Assembly (NCBI GenBank): GCA_963737655.1
Contig: CAVTTN010000002.1
Span: forward strand, 3,488,001-3,552,000
Origin: an uncultured Planctomycetota bacterium
GTDB taxonomy: Bacteria > Planctomycetota > Planctomycetia > Isosphaerales > Isosphaeraceae
DNA length: 64,000 nt
Reading direction: 5' to 3'
Below, in pieces: positions 1-10,478 of this stretch (its first letter is position 1; the number at the start of each line of letters is the position of its first letter). The position numbers and the translations under genes were made by a program. The notes under the pieces are model-generated. The model was not told the DNA's origin. It saw nothing but the letters and a program-made list of their open reading frames with translations, and ran no database searches.

Positions 1-1519
1 CTCGCCTCGGCGATCGCCCGCCGCCTCGGCTCGGCGATCGCCGAGGACCCCGAGCTCCGAGAGGGGGTGCGGGCCCTGCTGGTGGCCCTGGGCGAACCGG
101 GTCCGGTCTCGCCGGCGATCGTTCCGGCGGAGGTCCCGGTGCCGTCGCCTCCGCCGATCGCGGTCCCGGTGGATCGCTCTTCGGAATCGGCGGCTCCCGA
201 AGCCCCGAGGGCCGTCGCGGTCCCCCTGCCCGAGCTGACGTTGGGCCGCACCCGGCCCTCGCCGGTCGAGCCGGCGCCGGCATCGCCCGAGAGGCCCTCG
301 GCGCCCGATGCCGAGCTGCCGACGATCGAAGCCCACCTTCGCCTGAAGGCCGACGGCGCCCGGTGGGCCGCCAACCGCCGTCGCCTGATGGACCGCAAGG
401 CCGATTTCCGGGAGGAGATCGCCCCGAACGACCGGGCCCTGAGCGATCGGAGCCGGGCACTGCCGGATTGCCACCTCTGGATGAACACGGCCAGCGCCCC
501 GAGCCCGTCGACCCCTCGCGATGGGATGAGGTGGCCTCCGGCTTCGACACGGCCGCCGAGGGCGTGGCCCTGATCCGCGCCATGCTCGCCGACCCGACCC
601 GAGATCGCGACGACTTCGCCCATGCCCTGGACCTCCTGGCCGAGCGCAATCGGCCGTCCGGGCCGTGGTCGATCGCGTGGGAGGCTCGCCCGACCCGGAC
701 CAGTATCGCGCCTACGAGTGGCTCCGGGGCGCCGCGTGGCGAGAGCAGCACTTCATCCGCCGGTTCATGAAGCTGGACGACCCCGCCGACCCCTCGCGAT
801 TGCCCCGCCTCGCCGCCGAGATCAAGGCCCTGGCCGAGCGCCGGGACCAGGCCGTGCTGAAGGCCAAGAAGAAGAAACAAAGGCTCCGCCAGCTCGATTA
901 CCACGCCGGGCTGATCGCTCGGGGGTCCGACCCGCTGTACAACTGGGTGAAGGTGGCCGAGGCGGCCGGGGCCCTGGTCGGCGAGGGCGTTCCGCCCAGC
1001 GCGCCGGAGCTCCGCGAGCCTCTCCTGCCGATCATCGGCGACCTGCCCGACCTCGGCGAGCTGCCCGACGGGTTCGCCCGGATCCTCCGCGAGGTCGATC
1101 GATTCCTCGCGACTCGCCCCGCCTCGGCCGAGCCGACCCGGGACGCCGAGCCCTCGCCCGAAGTCCGCGAGGCCGCCGAGCTTCTCGCCGGCCGGTGCGT
1201 CGTCCTGATCGGCGGGGAGCCCCGTCCCGGGGCCCACGAGGCCCTGAAAGCCGCGTTTCGCCTCGATGACCTGGTCTGGGTCGGCACCCGCATCCATCAG
1301 TCGATCGAGGGGTTCGAGTCGATCGTCGCCCGGCCCGAAGTGGCCCTGGTCCTCCTGGCGATCCGCTGGTCGAGCCACTCGTTCGGCGACGTGAAGCGGT
1401 TTTGCGACCGGAATCAGAAGCCCCTGGTGCGCCTCCCCGCGGGATACCACCCGAATCAGGTGGCGACTCAAATCCTCTCGCAATGCAGCGAGCAGCTCCG
1501 CGCCGCCAATGCGTGCTGA
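1..1519 (+). CDS. DUF2325-like C-terminal domain protein, 5' end outside the window, two apparent frameshifts (~505, ~645)
   Basis: ORFs 67-573, 363-770 and 665-1519 join into one coherent protein (…PSP|VDPSRWDEVA…LLAE|AQSAVRAVVDRVGG…) if single bases are restored. The C-terminus (VVLIGG…LVLLAIRWSSHS…KPLVRL) resembles DUF2325. Confidence 0.6.
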
Positions 1520-1668
1520 GGCCGCCCCGAGGTTCGCCGAGGCCCGAGGGATCGTCGCAACCGAACTCCCCACGCGATGGGCCGTCTCGTCCTGCGAATC
1601 CATGGCCTCAAGAGCGGAAAAAATCTCGGAATTCGAGAGAAACACGCGAGAACCGGGGAGCTTCCCTC

Positions 1669-1697
1669 TTGACGGGAACCAATAAATCCTATAGATT
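1669..1697 (+). promoter_or_regulatory. sigma70-type promoter
   Basis: TTGACG (1669-1674), 17-bp spacer, TAGATT (1692-1697) in an AT-rich patch. Confidence 0.7.
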
Positions 1698-1702
1698 TAT
1701 TT

Positions 1703-1786
1703 GAACGGCTTAATCGGCCGTTCGGCCTCTTCTCTGTTCCGGCGCCAGCGCCCTCGACCTTCGGGTCGGGGGCGTTGGCGTTTTTT
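1703..1786 (+). ncRNA. candidate ~84-nt small RNA (or terminated leader)
   Basis: Begins at the expected TSS of the promoter. It has a 5' hairpin GAACGGCT/GGCCGTTC, a pyrimidine-rich linker, then an intrinsic terminator. Confidence 0.5.
1743..1786 (+). terminator. Rho-independent terminator
   Basis: 17-bp stem (2 G-U pairs), C-UUCG-G loop, followed by T6. Confidence 0.85.
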
Positions 1787-1893
1787 CGCTGGCGACCGAT
1801 CTTCTCCCCTTGGCTCGGTCCTCTTGCCAGAACGGCCGGGAATGGCGACACTTCGGCCCGCCCGGGGAGTCCGGGCGGAAACGGAGGTCCGCC

Positions 1894-2907
1894 GTGAAGC
1901 GAAGGACGATGCTCGGCCTGGCCGCCGGCCTGGCGGTCGGCGGGATGTCCAGCCCCCGGGCCGCCGGGGAACCGGGAGGGCCGGGCGAGTCGGTCCTCGT
2001 CGTGGACAGCCTCGCCGGGTCCCTGCTGTTCCTGGAACCGAACAGCCTGGGCCGGACCGCCGAGGTCCGCCTCGGGCCCGGCCCGAGGGAGGTCGCCGTC
2101 TCGGCCGACGGCCTCAAGGCGTTCGTCCCCCTCTTCGGGACCTCCGACATGGGCCCGGGCGGCTTCCCCGGCCACGAGGTGGCCGTGGTGGACGTCCTCC
2201 GCAAGAGGCTCGCCGGTCGGATCTCGGTCCGGCCGTTCGCCGGCCCCCACGGGATCGCCATCGACCGCCAGGGGATGCTCTGGGTCACCTGCGGGGCGGA
2301 GGGAAGCCTCCTGGTGATCGACCCGGCGAAAAAGGCCGTGGTCCAGGCCGTCCCGGTCGGCGTGAAGGGGCCCCACCGGGTGGCGCTCTCGCCCGATGGC
2401 GCGAAGCTGTTCGCCGCCAACGGCGCCGGGTCGGTGATCTCGGTGGTGGACGTCGCCTCTCGACGGCTGGCCAAGGATATCCGCGTGCCCTCGGGTATCC
2501 TGGACCTGGCGATCTCGCCCGACGGCTCGATGCTCTTCGCTACCGACCTGAACCGGCCGTCTCTCTGGGCCATCGACGCGAAGGAAGATCGGCTGGTCCG
2601 CGAATTTACCCTCGACGAGCCGGCCGGGCGTCTCCGGGTCACGCCCGACGGCCGGGCCGTTTTGCTGACCCTGCCCGACTCGGGAGGCCTGGCGAAGCTG
2701 GACGTGACGACGCTCCGCCGGCTGGGGACGCTGCGAATCGGCCGGTTCCCCTCGGGCTTCGCGTTTTCGAGGGACGGCGCCTGGGCGTTTGTCGCGAGCC
2801 TCGGCTCCGGGACGATCACCGCGTTCGACCCGGTCTCCCTGCGAGTCCGAAAGACCGCGACGGCCGGCAAGGGGCCCGACGGCCTGGCGATCGTCGGCCC
2901 TCGCTGA
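1894..2907 (+). CDS. YncE/YVTN-type beta-propeller protein, Tat-exported
   Basis: GTG start after GGAGG; KRRTMLG twin-Arg signal; repeated GP(H/R)xxAxSPDG blades. Confidence 0.8.
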   Translation: MKRRTMLGLAAGLAVGGMSSPRAAGEPGGPGESVLVVDSLAGSLLFLEPNSLGRTAEVRLGPGPREVAVSADGLKAFVPLFGTSDMGPGGFPGHEVAVVDVLRKRLAGRISVRPFAGPHGIAIDRQGMLWVTCGAEGSLLVIDPAKKAVVQAVPVGVKGPHRVALSPDGAKLFAANGAGSVISVVDVASRRLAKDIRVPSGILDLAISPDGSMLFATDLNRPSLWAIDAKEDRLVREFTLDEPAGRLRVTPDGRAVLLTLPDSGGLAKLDVTTLRRLGTLRIGRFPSGFAFSRDGAWAFVASLGSGTITAFDPVSLRVRKTATAGKGPDGLAIVGPR

Positions 2908-2969
2908 GCCGGGCCGGGCCGGGCCGTTGTGTCCGGGGCGTCCAGGGACGATAGTACAGGGGCCCTCCC

Positions 2970-5708
2970 ATGACGGGAGGGGCCCCGATCGACCCGAGGA
3001 CCCGAACCGTGCCCCTTCGCGACCAGACCGCCGAGGGTCGCCGACTGGCCGACAGCGTCGCCCGTCTGGCCGACTGGAAACACTGGGGGCCCTACGTGGC
3101 CGAGCGGGCCTGGGGGACGGTCCGCGAGGACTATTCTCCCGACGGCGAGGCCTGGCACTTCTTCCCCCACGACCAGGCCCGGAGCCGCGTCTATCGCTGG
3201 AACGAGGACGGCCTGGGCGGCTTCTGCAACCGCTTCCAGAACCTCTGCCTCGGCCTGGCCCTCTGGAATGAGCGCGACCCGATCCTCAAGGAGCGCCTCT
3301 TCGGCCTCTCCGGCCCGGAGGGGAACCACGGCGAGGACGTCAAGGAGTATTATCGCTACCTCGACGCCTCGCCGACCCACTCCTACATGAAAATGCTCTA
3401 CAAGTATCCCCAGGTGGAGTACCCCTATCAGAGGCTGATCGACGAATCGGCCCGGAGGGGACGCCGAGACCCCGAGTTCGAGCTGATCGACGCGATCGGC
3501 GACGCCTTCATCGCCGGTCAGTACTTCGACGTCTTCATCGAATACGCCAAGGCCGGCCCCGAGGACATCCTGGGCCGGATCACGGCGATCAACCGGGGCC
3601 CGGAGCCGGCCCCTCTCCACGTCCTGCCCCACGTCTGGTACCGCAACACCTGGTCCTGGGGCCACGACCCCCGCAAGCCCGAGCTGGCCGCCGACGGTCG
3701 ATCGGCGATCCGCACGGACCATCGCCACATCGGCCCCCGCTGGCTCTATCTCGACGACGGGCCCGAGGACCTCCTGTTCACCGACAACGAGACCAATCGC
3801 GAGAGGCTCCACGGCCTCCCCAACCCGTCGCCGTTCGTCAAGGACGGCATCCACGAGGCTGTGGTCCGTCGAAAGATGGAGAAGGTGAACCCGAAACGGA
3901 TCGGGACCAAGGCCGCGGCCCATTATCGGGCGAGGGTCGCCCCGGGGGCCGCGTTCGAGGTCCGATTCCGGTTCGTCGATCGCCCGATGGACCGGCCGTT
4001 CGGCGACTTCGAGGACGTGTTCGCGACGAGGATCGCCGAGGCCGACGAATTCCACGAGGCGATCCAGGGCCCCGGCCTCTCCGACGACGAAAGGCTCGTC
4101 CAGAGGCAGGCGCTGGCGGGCCTCTTGTGGTCGAAGCAGTTCTACCACTACAGCCAGGAGCTCTGGGCGGCCGGAGACCCGGCGTTCCCCCCTCCCCCGA
4201 AGGGCCGAGGCCGGGGCCGCAACGCCGGCTGGGGGCACTTCTACGCCCTGGACGTGTTGAGCGTCCCGGACAAGTGGGAATATCCCTGGTTCGCGGCCTG
4301 GGACACCGCGTTCCACTGCATCCCCCTGGCGATGGTCGATCCGGAGTGGTCCAAACGGCAGATCCTCCTGATGCTCCGCGAGTGGTACATGCACCCCAAC
4401 GGCCAGCTCTCGGCCTACGAGTGGGACTTTTCCGACGTGAACCCGCCGGTCCACGCGATGGCGGCGCGCCGGGTCTACGAGATGACCCGGGATGACAAGG
4501 GCCGGGGCGACGTCGATTTCCTCGAAGAAGTCTTCCACAAGCTCCTGCTGAACTTCACCTGGTGGGTGAACCGCAAGGACGCCGAAGGGCGAAACGCCTT
4601 CCAGGGCGGATTCCTGGGGCTGGACAACATCGGCGTGTTCGACCGCAGCAAGCCCCAGGGGCTGCCCGAAGGGGCCCGTCTCGAACAGGCCGACGGCACG
4701 GCGTGGATGGGGATGTTCTGCCTCGACATGCTGGCCATCGCCCTGGAGCTCTCGAAGTACCGCAAGGCGTACCAGGCCACCGCGACGAAGTTCTTCGAGC
4801 ACTTCGTGGCCATCGGCCACGCGATCAACGGCATCGGCGAGCAGACGGGGATGTGGGACGACGGCGACGGGTTCTATCACGACGTGATCCGCCACGCCGA
4901 CGGCTCGCTCGACCCGATCCGCCTGAAGTCGTTCGTGGGCCTGGTCCCCCTGTTCGCGGCCCTGCCGATCGAGCCCGGCCTGCCCGAACGCCTCCCGGAT
5001 TTCTGGAGGCGCGTCCAGTGGTATCAAAAATACCGGCCCATCCTCGAGGAGAACGCGAGGATGATGAGCGAGGTCGGCCCGGGGGGGAGCCGCCTGCTGT
5101 CGCTGGTCGATCCGGCGAAGCTCCGCGCCGTCCTGTCCCGGATGCTCGACCCCCGATGCTTCCTGTCCGAGTTCGGCCTCCGCTCGCTCTCCCGGGAGCA
5201 CGCCGACCGCCCGTTCGCCTGCAACGGCCAGTTCGTCAGCTACGAGCCGGCCGAGTCGGCCAGCCCGATCTACGGAGGGAACTCCAACTGGAGGGGGCCG
5301 GTCTGGTTCCCGGTCAACTTCCTGATGGTCGACGCCCTGCGATCCTATCACGCCTACTTCGGCGACTCCTTCCGGGTCGAGCTCCCGGCCGGATCGGGCC
5401 GGATGGCCACCCTGGGCGAGGCGTCGGACGACCTTTCCCGGCGCCTCCAGGCCATTTTCCTCCGGGACGAGGCGACCGGACGCCGAGCGGTCTTCGGCGG
5501 CAACGCCCTGTTCCAGGAAAGCTCCCTCTGGAAGGATTACGTCCCGTTCTACGAATACTTCCACGGCGAGATCGGCTGCGGACTGGGGGCCAGCCACCAG
5601 ACGGGCTGGACGGCCCTCGTGGCCGACCTGATCCGGCGGTCCCCTCGAAGGCCCGAATCGCCCCCGCCGGTCGAGTCTCCCCGACGCCCGGCGGCCGTCC
5701 AGGGCTGA
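2970..5708 (+). CDS. GH63/MGH1-like glucosidase
   Basis: Motifs [48 protein letters not shown]…[11 protein letters not shown]. Confidence 0.9.
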   Translation: MTGGAPIDPRTRTVPLRDQTAEGRRLADSVARLADWKHWGPYVAERAWGTVREDYSPDGEAWHFFPHDQARSRVYRWNEDGLGGFCNRFQNLCLGLALWNERDPILKERLFGLSGPEGNHGEDVKEYYRYLDASPTHSYMKMLYKYPQVEYPYQRLIDESARRGRRDPEFELIDAIGDAFIAGQYFDVFIEYAKAGPEDILGRITAINRGPEPAPLHVLPHVWYRNTWSWGHDPRKPELAADGRSAIRTDHRHIGPRWLYLDDGPEDLLFTDNETNRERLHGLPNPSPFVKDGIHEAVVRRKMEKVNPKRIGTKAAAHYRARVAPGAAFEVRFRFVDRPMDRPFGDFEDVFATRIAEADEFHEAIQGPGLSDDERLVQRQALAGLLWSKQFYHYSQELWAAGDPAFPPPPKGRGRGRNAGWGHFYALDVLSVPDKWEYPWFAAWDTAFHCIPLAMVDPEWSKRQILLMLREWYMHPNGQLSAYEWDFSDVNPPVHAMAARRVYEMTRDDKGRGDVDFLEEVFHKLLLNFTWWVNRKDAEGRNAFQGGFLGLDNIGVFDRSKPQGLPEGARLEQADGTAWMGMFCLDMLAIALELSKYRKAYQATATKFFEHFVAIGHAINGIGEQTGMWDDGDGFYHDVIRHADGSLDPIRLKSFVGLVPLFAALPIEPGLPERLPDFWRRVQWYQKYRPILEENARMMSEVGPGGSRLLSLVDPAKLRAVLSRMLDPRCFLSEFGLRSLSREHADRPFACNGQFVSYEPAESASPIYGGNSNWRGPVWFPVNFLMVDALRSYHAYFGDSFRVELPAGSGRMATLGEASDDLSRRLQAIFLRDEATGRRAVFGGNALFQESSLWKDYVPFYEYFHGEIGCGLGASHQTGWTALVADLIRRSPRRPESPPPVESPRRPAAVQG

Positions 5709-5714
5709 ACGCTG

Positions 5715-6395
5715 ATGGCCATCTGGGCGATTTCCGACCTCCACCTCTCGTTCGCGCGGGACGACCCCCGCGAACGCTTCGCCGGCCGGTGGAAGGACCA
5801 CGCCGAGACGATCGGCCGGAACTGGCGGGAGGCCGTCGGCCGTGACGACCTGGTCCTGGTCCCCGGAGACGTCTCGATGGCGAGGAACCATCGCGAGGTC
5901 CAGCCCGACCTGGCCTGGCTCGACCGCCTCCCGGGGATCAAGGTGCTCTCGCCCGGAAACCATGACGTCTGGTTCAACGCGGTCGCCAAGGTCCGGCCGA
6001 TCCTCCGCAAGACGCTCCGGGCCGTCGGCGGGGATGCGATCGAAGTCCCCGGCGCGATCATCTGCGGGACGAGGGGCGCGGCCCCGGACGACGATCCGGC
6101 CTTGCCCCGAGAGCTCGCCGCCCTGGATCGCGGCCTCGCCGGGGCGGTCGCGCTCCGAGACGGCCGGGACCTGCCCATCCTGGTCCTCTGGCACTACCCG
6201 CCGTTCGATCCCCACGGCTCGCCGGGCCCGGCCGTCTCGAAGATCGAATCCGCCGGTGCCTCGGCCTGCGTGTACGGCCACCTCCACGCCCTGGGCCAGT
6301 GGTCGAGGGCCGTCCAGGGGGTCGTCCGCGGGGTCCGCTATCACTGCGTGGCCGCCGACGCCGTCGGGTTCCGTCCCCTGGCCATCCGAGTCTGA
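5715..6395 (+). CDS. metallophosphoesterase (calcineurin-like)
   Basis: Motifs SDLH, PGD, GNHD, HYPP, YGHLH. Confidence 0.9.
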   Translation: MAIWAISDLHLSFARDDPRERFAGRWKDHAETIGRNWREAVGRDDLVLVPGDVSMARNHREVQPDLAWLDRLPGIKVLSPGNHDVWFNAVAKVRPILRKTLRAVGGDAIEVPGAIICGTRGAAPDDDPALPRELAALDRGLAGAVALRDGRDLPILVLWHYPPFDPHGSPGPAVSKIESAGASACVYGHLHALGQWSRAVQGVVRGVRYHCVAADAVGFRPLAIRV

Positions 6396-6644
6396 ACGGA
6401 AGCTCAGGCCACAAGTCCGACCCTCGCCGCTTGCGAGGCTTGCCCGTCAAAATCCGAACAAATTCGCTCCCCGACGCGTTTTCCCGGGCCGGCTCGGCCG
6501 TCGATCTGGCAAAATGGTAAAGCCAGGAGAAATGACAGGGCATGCACGAGAGGGGGCCTTGTCCTGCTATTGCACGCATGATAGCATTTCGAGGCCAGAA
6601 GGACGATCGTCATCGCAACCGGGACTTCGAGGAGCTCTCCATCC

Positions 6645-8771
6645 ATGAATCCTGCCCAAGATCCGCGGCCGGGCCGGCCAAGAACGAGGACGTCCTCCTG
6701 GACGCCCCGGGCGGAGGCCCTGGAGGCCCGCGCCCTCCTCAACGGCGGGGGCTTCGACCCCAGCTTCGGCACCGACGGCCGGGTCTCGGTCCCGTTCGAC
6801 GTGGGACCGCCGAGCTTCACGTTCAACGGCGGGAGCACGGCCAACGCCGAGGTGATCCAGCCCGACGGCAAGATCCTCCTCTTCGGCACGGCCTCGACGA
6901 TCACCACGCTGACCCTGGGAGGCTCCCAGGGCGTTTTTGCCGTGGCCCGGTTGAACGCCGACGGCACTCCCGATAATACCTTCGGCACCGGCGGACGGGT
7001 CACCGTGCCGTTCCCCAATTCGGCCCACGGGACGGCGATCGCCTTGCAGAGCGATGGCAAGATCGTCCTGGCCGGTTACGACGGCCTGGCCTCGGCCTCT
7101 CCGCAGTTCTTCCAGCCCAACAAGTTCGCGGTGGCCCGGCTCAACGCCGACGGCTCGCTCGACACGACGTTCGCCGGGACGGGCACCGAGGAGTTCGCCG
7201 TCGGCGCCTCCAGCCTGGGCGACACGGCGGGCGGCGTCGTCGTCCAGCCCGACGGCAAGATCGTCCTGGCCGGCACCGAGGTCGTCGGCTCCGAGCAGGA
7301 TTTCGCCTTCGCCCGCCTCAATTCCGACGGCTCGTTCGACACCGGGTTCGGCGCGGGGGGTAACGGCAAGCTGCTGGTCCCGGTGGGCCCGACGGGGGCC
7401 TCGTTCGCCGGGGCCAACGCCGTGATCCTCGAAGGGACGAAGATCCTCGCCGCCGGCTCCGCCGCGACGACCGCCGACCCCTCGCGAAGCCAGGTCGCCT
7501 TCGCCCTGGTCCGCCTGAACCCCGACGGCTCGCCGGATACGACCTTCGGGGCGAACAAGGACGGCACGTCCACGATCGCCTTCAACACGGCGTATTCCAG
7601 CACGACCGGCAAGACCAACAGCCCCGGTTACGACGTCGCCAACGCCGTGACCCTGGACGCCTCGGGCCTGATCCTGGTGGCCGGCAAGGTCCAGTCCTAT
7701 AACGGGACGAACGATCCCAGCGTGTTCGACTTCGGGGTCGCCCGTCTGAATTCCGACGGCTCTCCCGATGGGAACTTCGGGGCCCGCAAGGACGGGACGG
7801 TCAACGTCCAGTTCCAGTACCTGGGCGTCCCGATCGCCTCGGCCAACTCGGTCCTCGTCCAGCCCGACGGCAAGGTGGTGCTCGTCGGGACGGCGGCCAA
7901 CACGACGCAGACGACCAGCTACAGCCAGTTCCAGGGCTTGCAGAGCAGCTCGCCGGTGACGAACGTCCTGGCGCTGGCCCGGCTGAACACCGACGGGTCG
8001 CCGGACACCACGTTCGGGACCGGAGGCCAGGTCGGATCGGCCTTCAACCTGCTGCCGAAGGCCAACTCGGGCCTGAACGCCGCGGCCCTGGATGCCTCCG
8101 GGAAGATCGTGGCGGCCGGCTCCGCGACCACGGACGTGGCCGGGGCCGCCCCCTCCGGCAACGAGATGGCGGCGGTTCGGATCCTGCCGGAAACCCCGAC
8201 GCCAACCCCGCCGCCTCCTCCGCCCCCGCCTCCTCCGCCGCCCCCGCCTCCGCCGCCGCCGCCGCCTCCTCCGCCGCCGCCGCCCCCTCCCCCTCCTCCG
8301 CCGCCGCCCCCTTCTCCGCCTCCGGCCACCATTCAGGCCGGGGTCCCCGAGAGCAAGTCCGGGATCGCCTCGGGCTTTCGCGTGTACTTCTCGTCCGCCC
8401 TGACGACGGCCTCGGCCCAGGACGTCTCGGCGTATCAGGTCATCCTGGCCGGGCCCGATCGCCGATTCGGGACGAAGGATGACCGCTCGGTGCCGATCAC
8501 CTCGGTGACCTATGACGCCGGGGCGTTGTCGGTGGCCCTTCACCTGAAGAAGAAGGTCAATCTTCACCAGCCGGTGGAGCTGATCGTCAACGGCTCCACG
8601 CTCGTGGACACCAACGGCAATCACCCGATCGGCTCGAACGGCCAGGCCGGCTCGACGTTCACCCAACTCTTCGGCCCGGCGCCCCGAGGTGCCAGCACCG
8701 CCCAGGTCCTTGCGGTCCATCCTCAAGGCCCGCGGGTCCGACCTCGAGCCCACCCCAATCGCCGACGGTGA
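6645..8771 (+). CDS. secreted delta-60 repeat (DUF5122) protein with planctomycete LExRxLL leader and poly-Pro linker
   Basis: EALEARALL motif; repeats QPDGKIVLAG and ARLNxDGSxDxxFG. Confidence 0.85.
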   Translation: MNPAQDPRPGRPRTRTSSWTPRAEALEARALLNGGGFDPSFGTDGRVSVPFDVGPPSFTFNGGSTANAEVIQPDGKILLFGTASTITTLTLGGSQGVFAVARLNADGTPDNTFGTGGRVTVPFPNSAHGTAIALQSDGKIVLAGYDGLASASPQFFQPNKFAVARLNADGSLDTTFAGTGTEEFAVGASSLGDTAGGVVVQPDGKIVLAGTEVVGSEQDFAFARLNSDGSFDTGFGAGGNGKLLVPVGPTGASFAGANAVILEGTKILAAGSAATTADPSRSQVAFALVRLNPDGSPDTTFGANKDGTSTIAFNTAYSSTTGKTNSPGYDVANAVTLDASGLILVAGKVQSYNGTNDPSVFDFGVARLNSDGSPDGNFGARKDGTVNVQFQYLGVPIASANSVLVQPDGKVVLVGTAANTTQTTSYSQFQGLQSSSPVTNVLALARLNTDGSPDTTFGTGGQVGSAFNLLPKANSGLNAAALDASGKIVAAGSATTDVAGAAPSGNEMAAVRILPETPTPTPPPPPPPPPPPPPPPPPPPPPPPPPPPPPPPPPPPSPPPATIQAGVPESKSGIASGFRVYFSSALTTASAQDVSAYQVILAGPDRRFGTKDDRSVPITSVTYDAGALSVALHLKKKVNLHQPVELIVNGSTLVDTNGNHPIGSNGQAGSTFTQLFGPAPRGASTAQVLAVHPQGPRVRPRAHPNRRR
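8208..8312 (+). repeat. 35 consecutive Pro codons (CCN)n
   Basis: Direct count of in-frame CCN codons. Confidence 0.95.
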
Positions 8772-8981
8772 GCGGGTGGCGTTCGCCGAAAGCCTCGTCA
8801 GCCGCCCGCCCATCAGGGCGGCTGACACTTCGACTTCCCCTTTTTTCAGGCCGCAGACCGGATCGGCGGTCGAGTTGACAGGCCCGCCCCGGGCCCCAAC
8901 CGGCCGCCGCCGGCTTTTTCATGTCGCAAGTTTCTTTCAAGAAAGGGTTTACGAGGCAAAACAGGAGTCAATGAAGTGCAA

Positions 8982-8997
8982 TGGCACGCCGGGTGCT
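8982..8997 (+). promoter_or_regulatory. sigma54 (-24/-12) promoter candidate for csrA
   Basis: TGGCAC-GCCGG-GTGCT, with an AT-rich upstream region. Confidence 0.6.
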
Positions 8998-9067
8998 TTA
9001 CCCAGGCTGCGACGGGGCACGAAAGACCGGCCCTTCGACTGACATCGAGACGCCAAAGGACACAACG

Positions 9068-9256
9068 ATGCTCGTTCTCAGCAGGAAGCTCGGGGAGAAG
9101 ATTGTCATCGGCGACAACATCGTGCTGACGGTCGTGAAGATCGATCGGAACCAGGTTCGCCTGGGGATCGAGGCGCCCGGCGACGTCCCGGTGTTCCGCG
9201 AGGAGATCCTCCCGGGGCGAGTCGCCTCGGCCGAAGACGCGATCCTCTCCCGCTAA
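9068..9256 (+). CDS. csrA: carbon storage regulator
   Basis: MLVLSRKLGEKIVIGDNI…QVRLGIEAP…VFREEI; SD AAGGA. Confidence 0.95.
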   Translation: MLVLSRKLGEKIVIGDNIVLTVVKIDRNQVRLGIEAPGDVPVFREEILPGRVASAEDAILSR

Positions 9257-9276
9257 TCGAGCGAGGATCGGCGGGA

Positions 9277-10158
9277 TCAGGAGGCCGGACCGAACGGCCT
9301 CCCCGCCGGCCAGACCCGTCGGAGCGCCTCGGCCGTCCTCCTCGCGACGGTCTCCGGGGCTTGACCCGTCAGGGATCGGCACGACGCCAGGGGCTCGGCC
9401 GTGACCGGCCCGGTGTACCCATCGACGTCCAGGGCGGTCAGAAGCCCTCGGGAATCCACGATTCCGCGCTCTCCGGGGAGTCCTCGGACCGAATCGACGA
9501 GCGTCGAACGGTCTGCCCAGGCTCCGGGAGGCAAGTCCGCGACGTGGACCCACACCACCGAGTCGGCCCCCCAGGCCAGGCCCGCCGTCGTCGGCTCCCC
9601 GGCGGCGAAGAGGTGCCAGGAGTCCACCACGACGCCCACCGGCGATCCGGTCGCCCGTTCCAGGGCGTCGCGAAGCGGCCCGAGGTCGGCCAGCCGGTGA
9701 ACGAACGCGGCGTTCCGGCCCGGTCGCGAGGATTCCACCCCGATGACCTCCAGGCCCAGGCGGATGCCGAAGTCGGAGAGGGTCTCGACGATCGGTGCGA
9801 GGCGATCGAGGTGGAATGCGAACGTACCGGCCCGATCGAAACCGACCGGGCATTCTGGCAGGACCCACGTCCCCGTGCGGACCAGCCCCAGCGTCGAGGC
9901 GGCCTCGGCCACGCGGGGCAGCCTGGCCAGGCCCTCGGCGAAACCGGATCCCCTCCAATCGAACGGCATCGGGAACGCCCCGCCTCGGAGGCCGAGGTCG
10001 GTCATCCTCCTCGCCACGGTCGCCGCCGACTCGCCCGTCTCCAAAAGGTCGCGGACCATCACGTCCACTCCCGAGAACCCGGCCCCGGCGGCGACCTTCA
10101 GGGTCTCCTCGATCGAGAGCGAGAGCCCCAGGGCCCTGGCGTTGAAGCTCGGATACAT
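9277..10158 (-). CDS. sugar phosphate isomerase/epimerase (xylose-isomerase-like TIM barrel)
   Basis: Motifs GF.GVD, RLGLE, DSWH, VHVAD, R.LPGE.G, YTGPVTAE. Confidence 0.8.
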   Translation of the reverse strand: MYPSFNARALGLSLSIEETLKVAAGAGFSGVDVMVRDLLETGESAATVARRMTDLGLRGGAFPMPFDWRGSGFAEGLARLPRVAEAASTLGLVRTGTWVLPECPVGFDRAGTFAFHLDRLAPIVETLSDFGIRLGLEVIGVESSRPGRNAAFVHRLADLGPLRDALERATGSPVGVVVDSWHLFAAGEPTTAGLAWGADSVVWVHVADLPPGAWADRSTLVDSVRGLPGERGIVDSRGLLTALDVDGYTGPVTAEPLASCRSLTGQAPETVARRTAEALRRVWPAGRPFGPAS

Positions 10159-10478
10159 GGCGGCCCCCATATCAGATCGCCCCACCCTATCCATGGGGAA
10201 CGCGAGACGCCAGGAATTGCTCCTCGGTGAGTTCGATCGGCTCGATTCCGTCGAACGGCATCGCCCTCTTCCCGACTGCCGAGATCACGTAAGCCCAGCC
10301 TCTTCAGCCTCATCCGCGTATTCTGCGCCCGCAAACCGATCGATCAGTCCGATCGAGAGGGATCGGTGCCTCCTTGGCGCCGGCCGTGGGAAGCCCGAGA
10401 ATCACATCGCCCGAGGGCGGGGGGATGGGGCGGGGATCGCCATCCCGAAGGCTCTCGGACGAGGGCGGCGGGGGGCCG

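Noticed and set aside
1710..6344. 1544-aa minus-strand ORF and other long antisense ORFs (e.g. 10344-13310, 17911-20574, 49185-51752)
   Set aside because: Shadow ORFs opposite well-supported genes in high-GC DNA, with no recognisable motifs.
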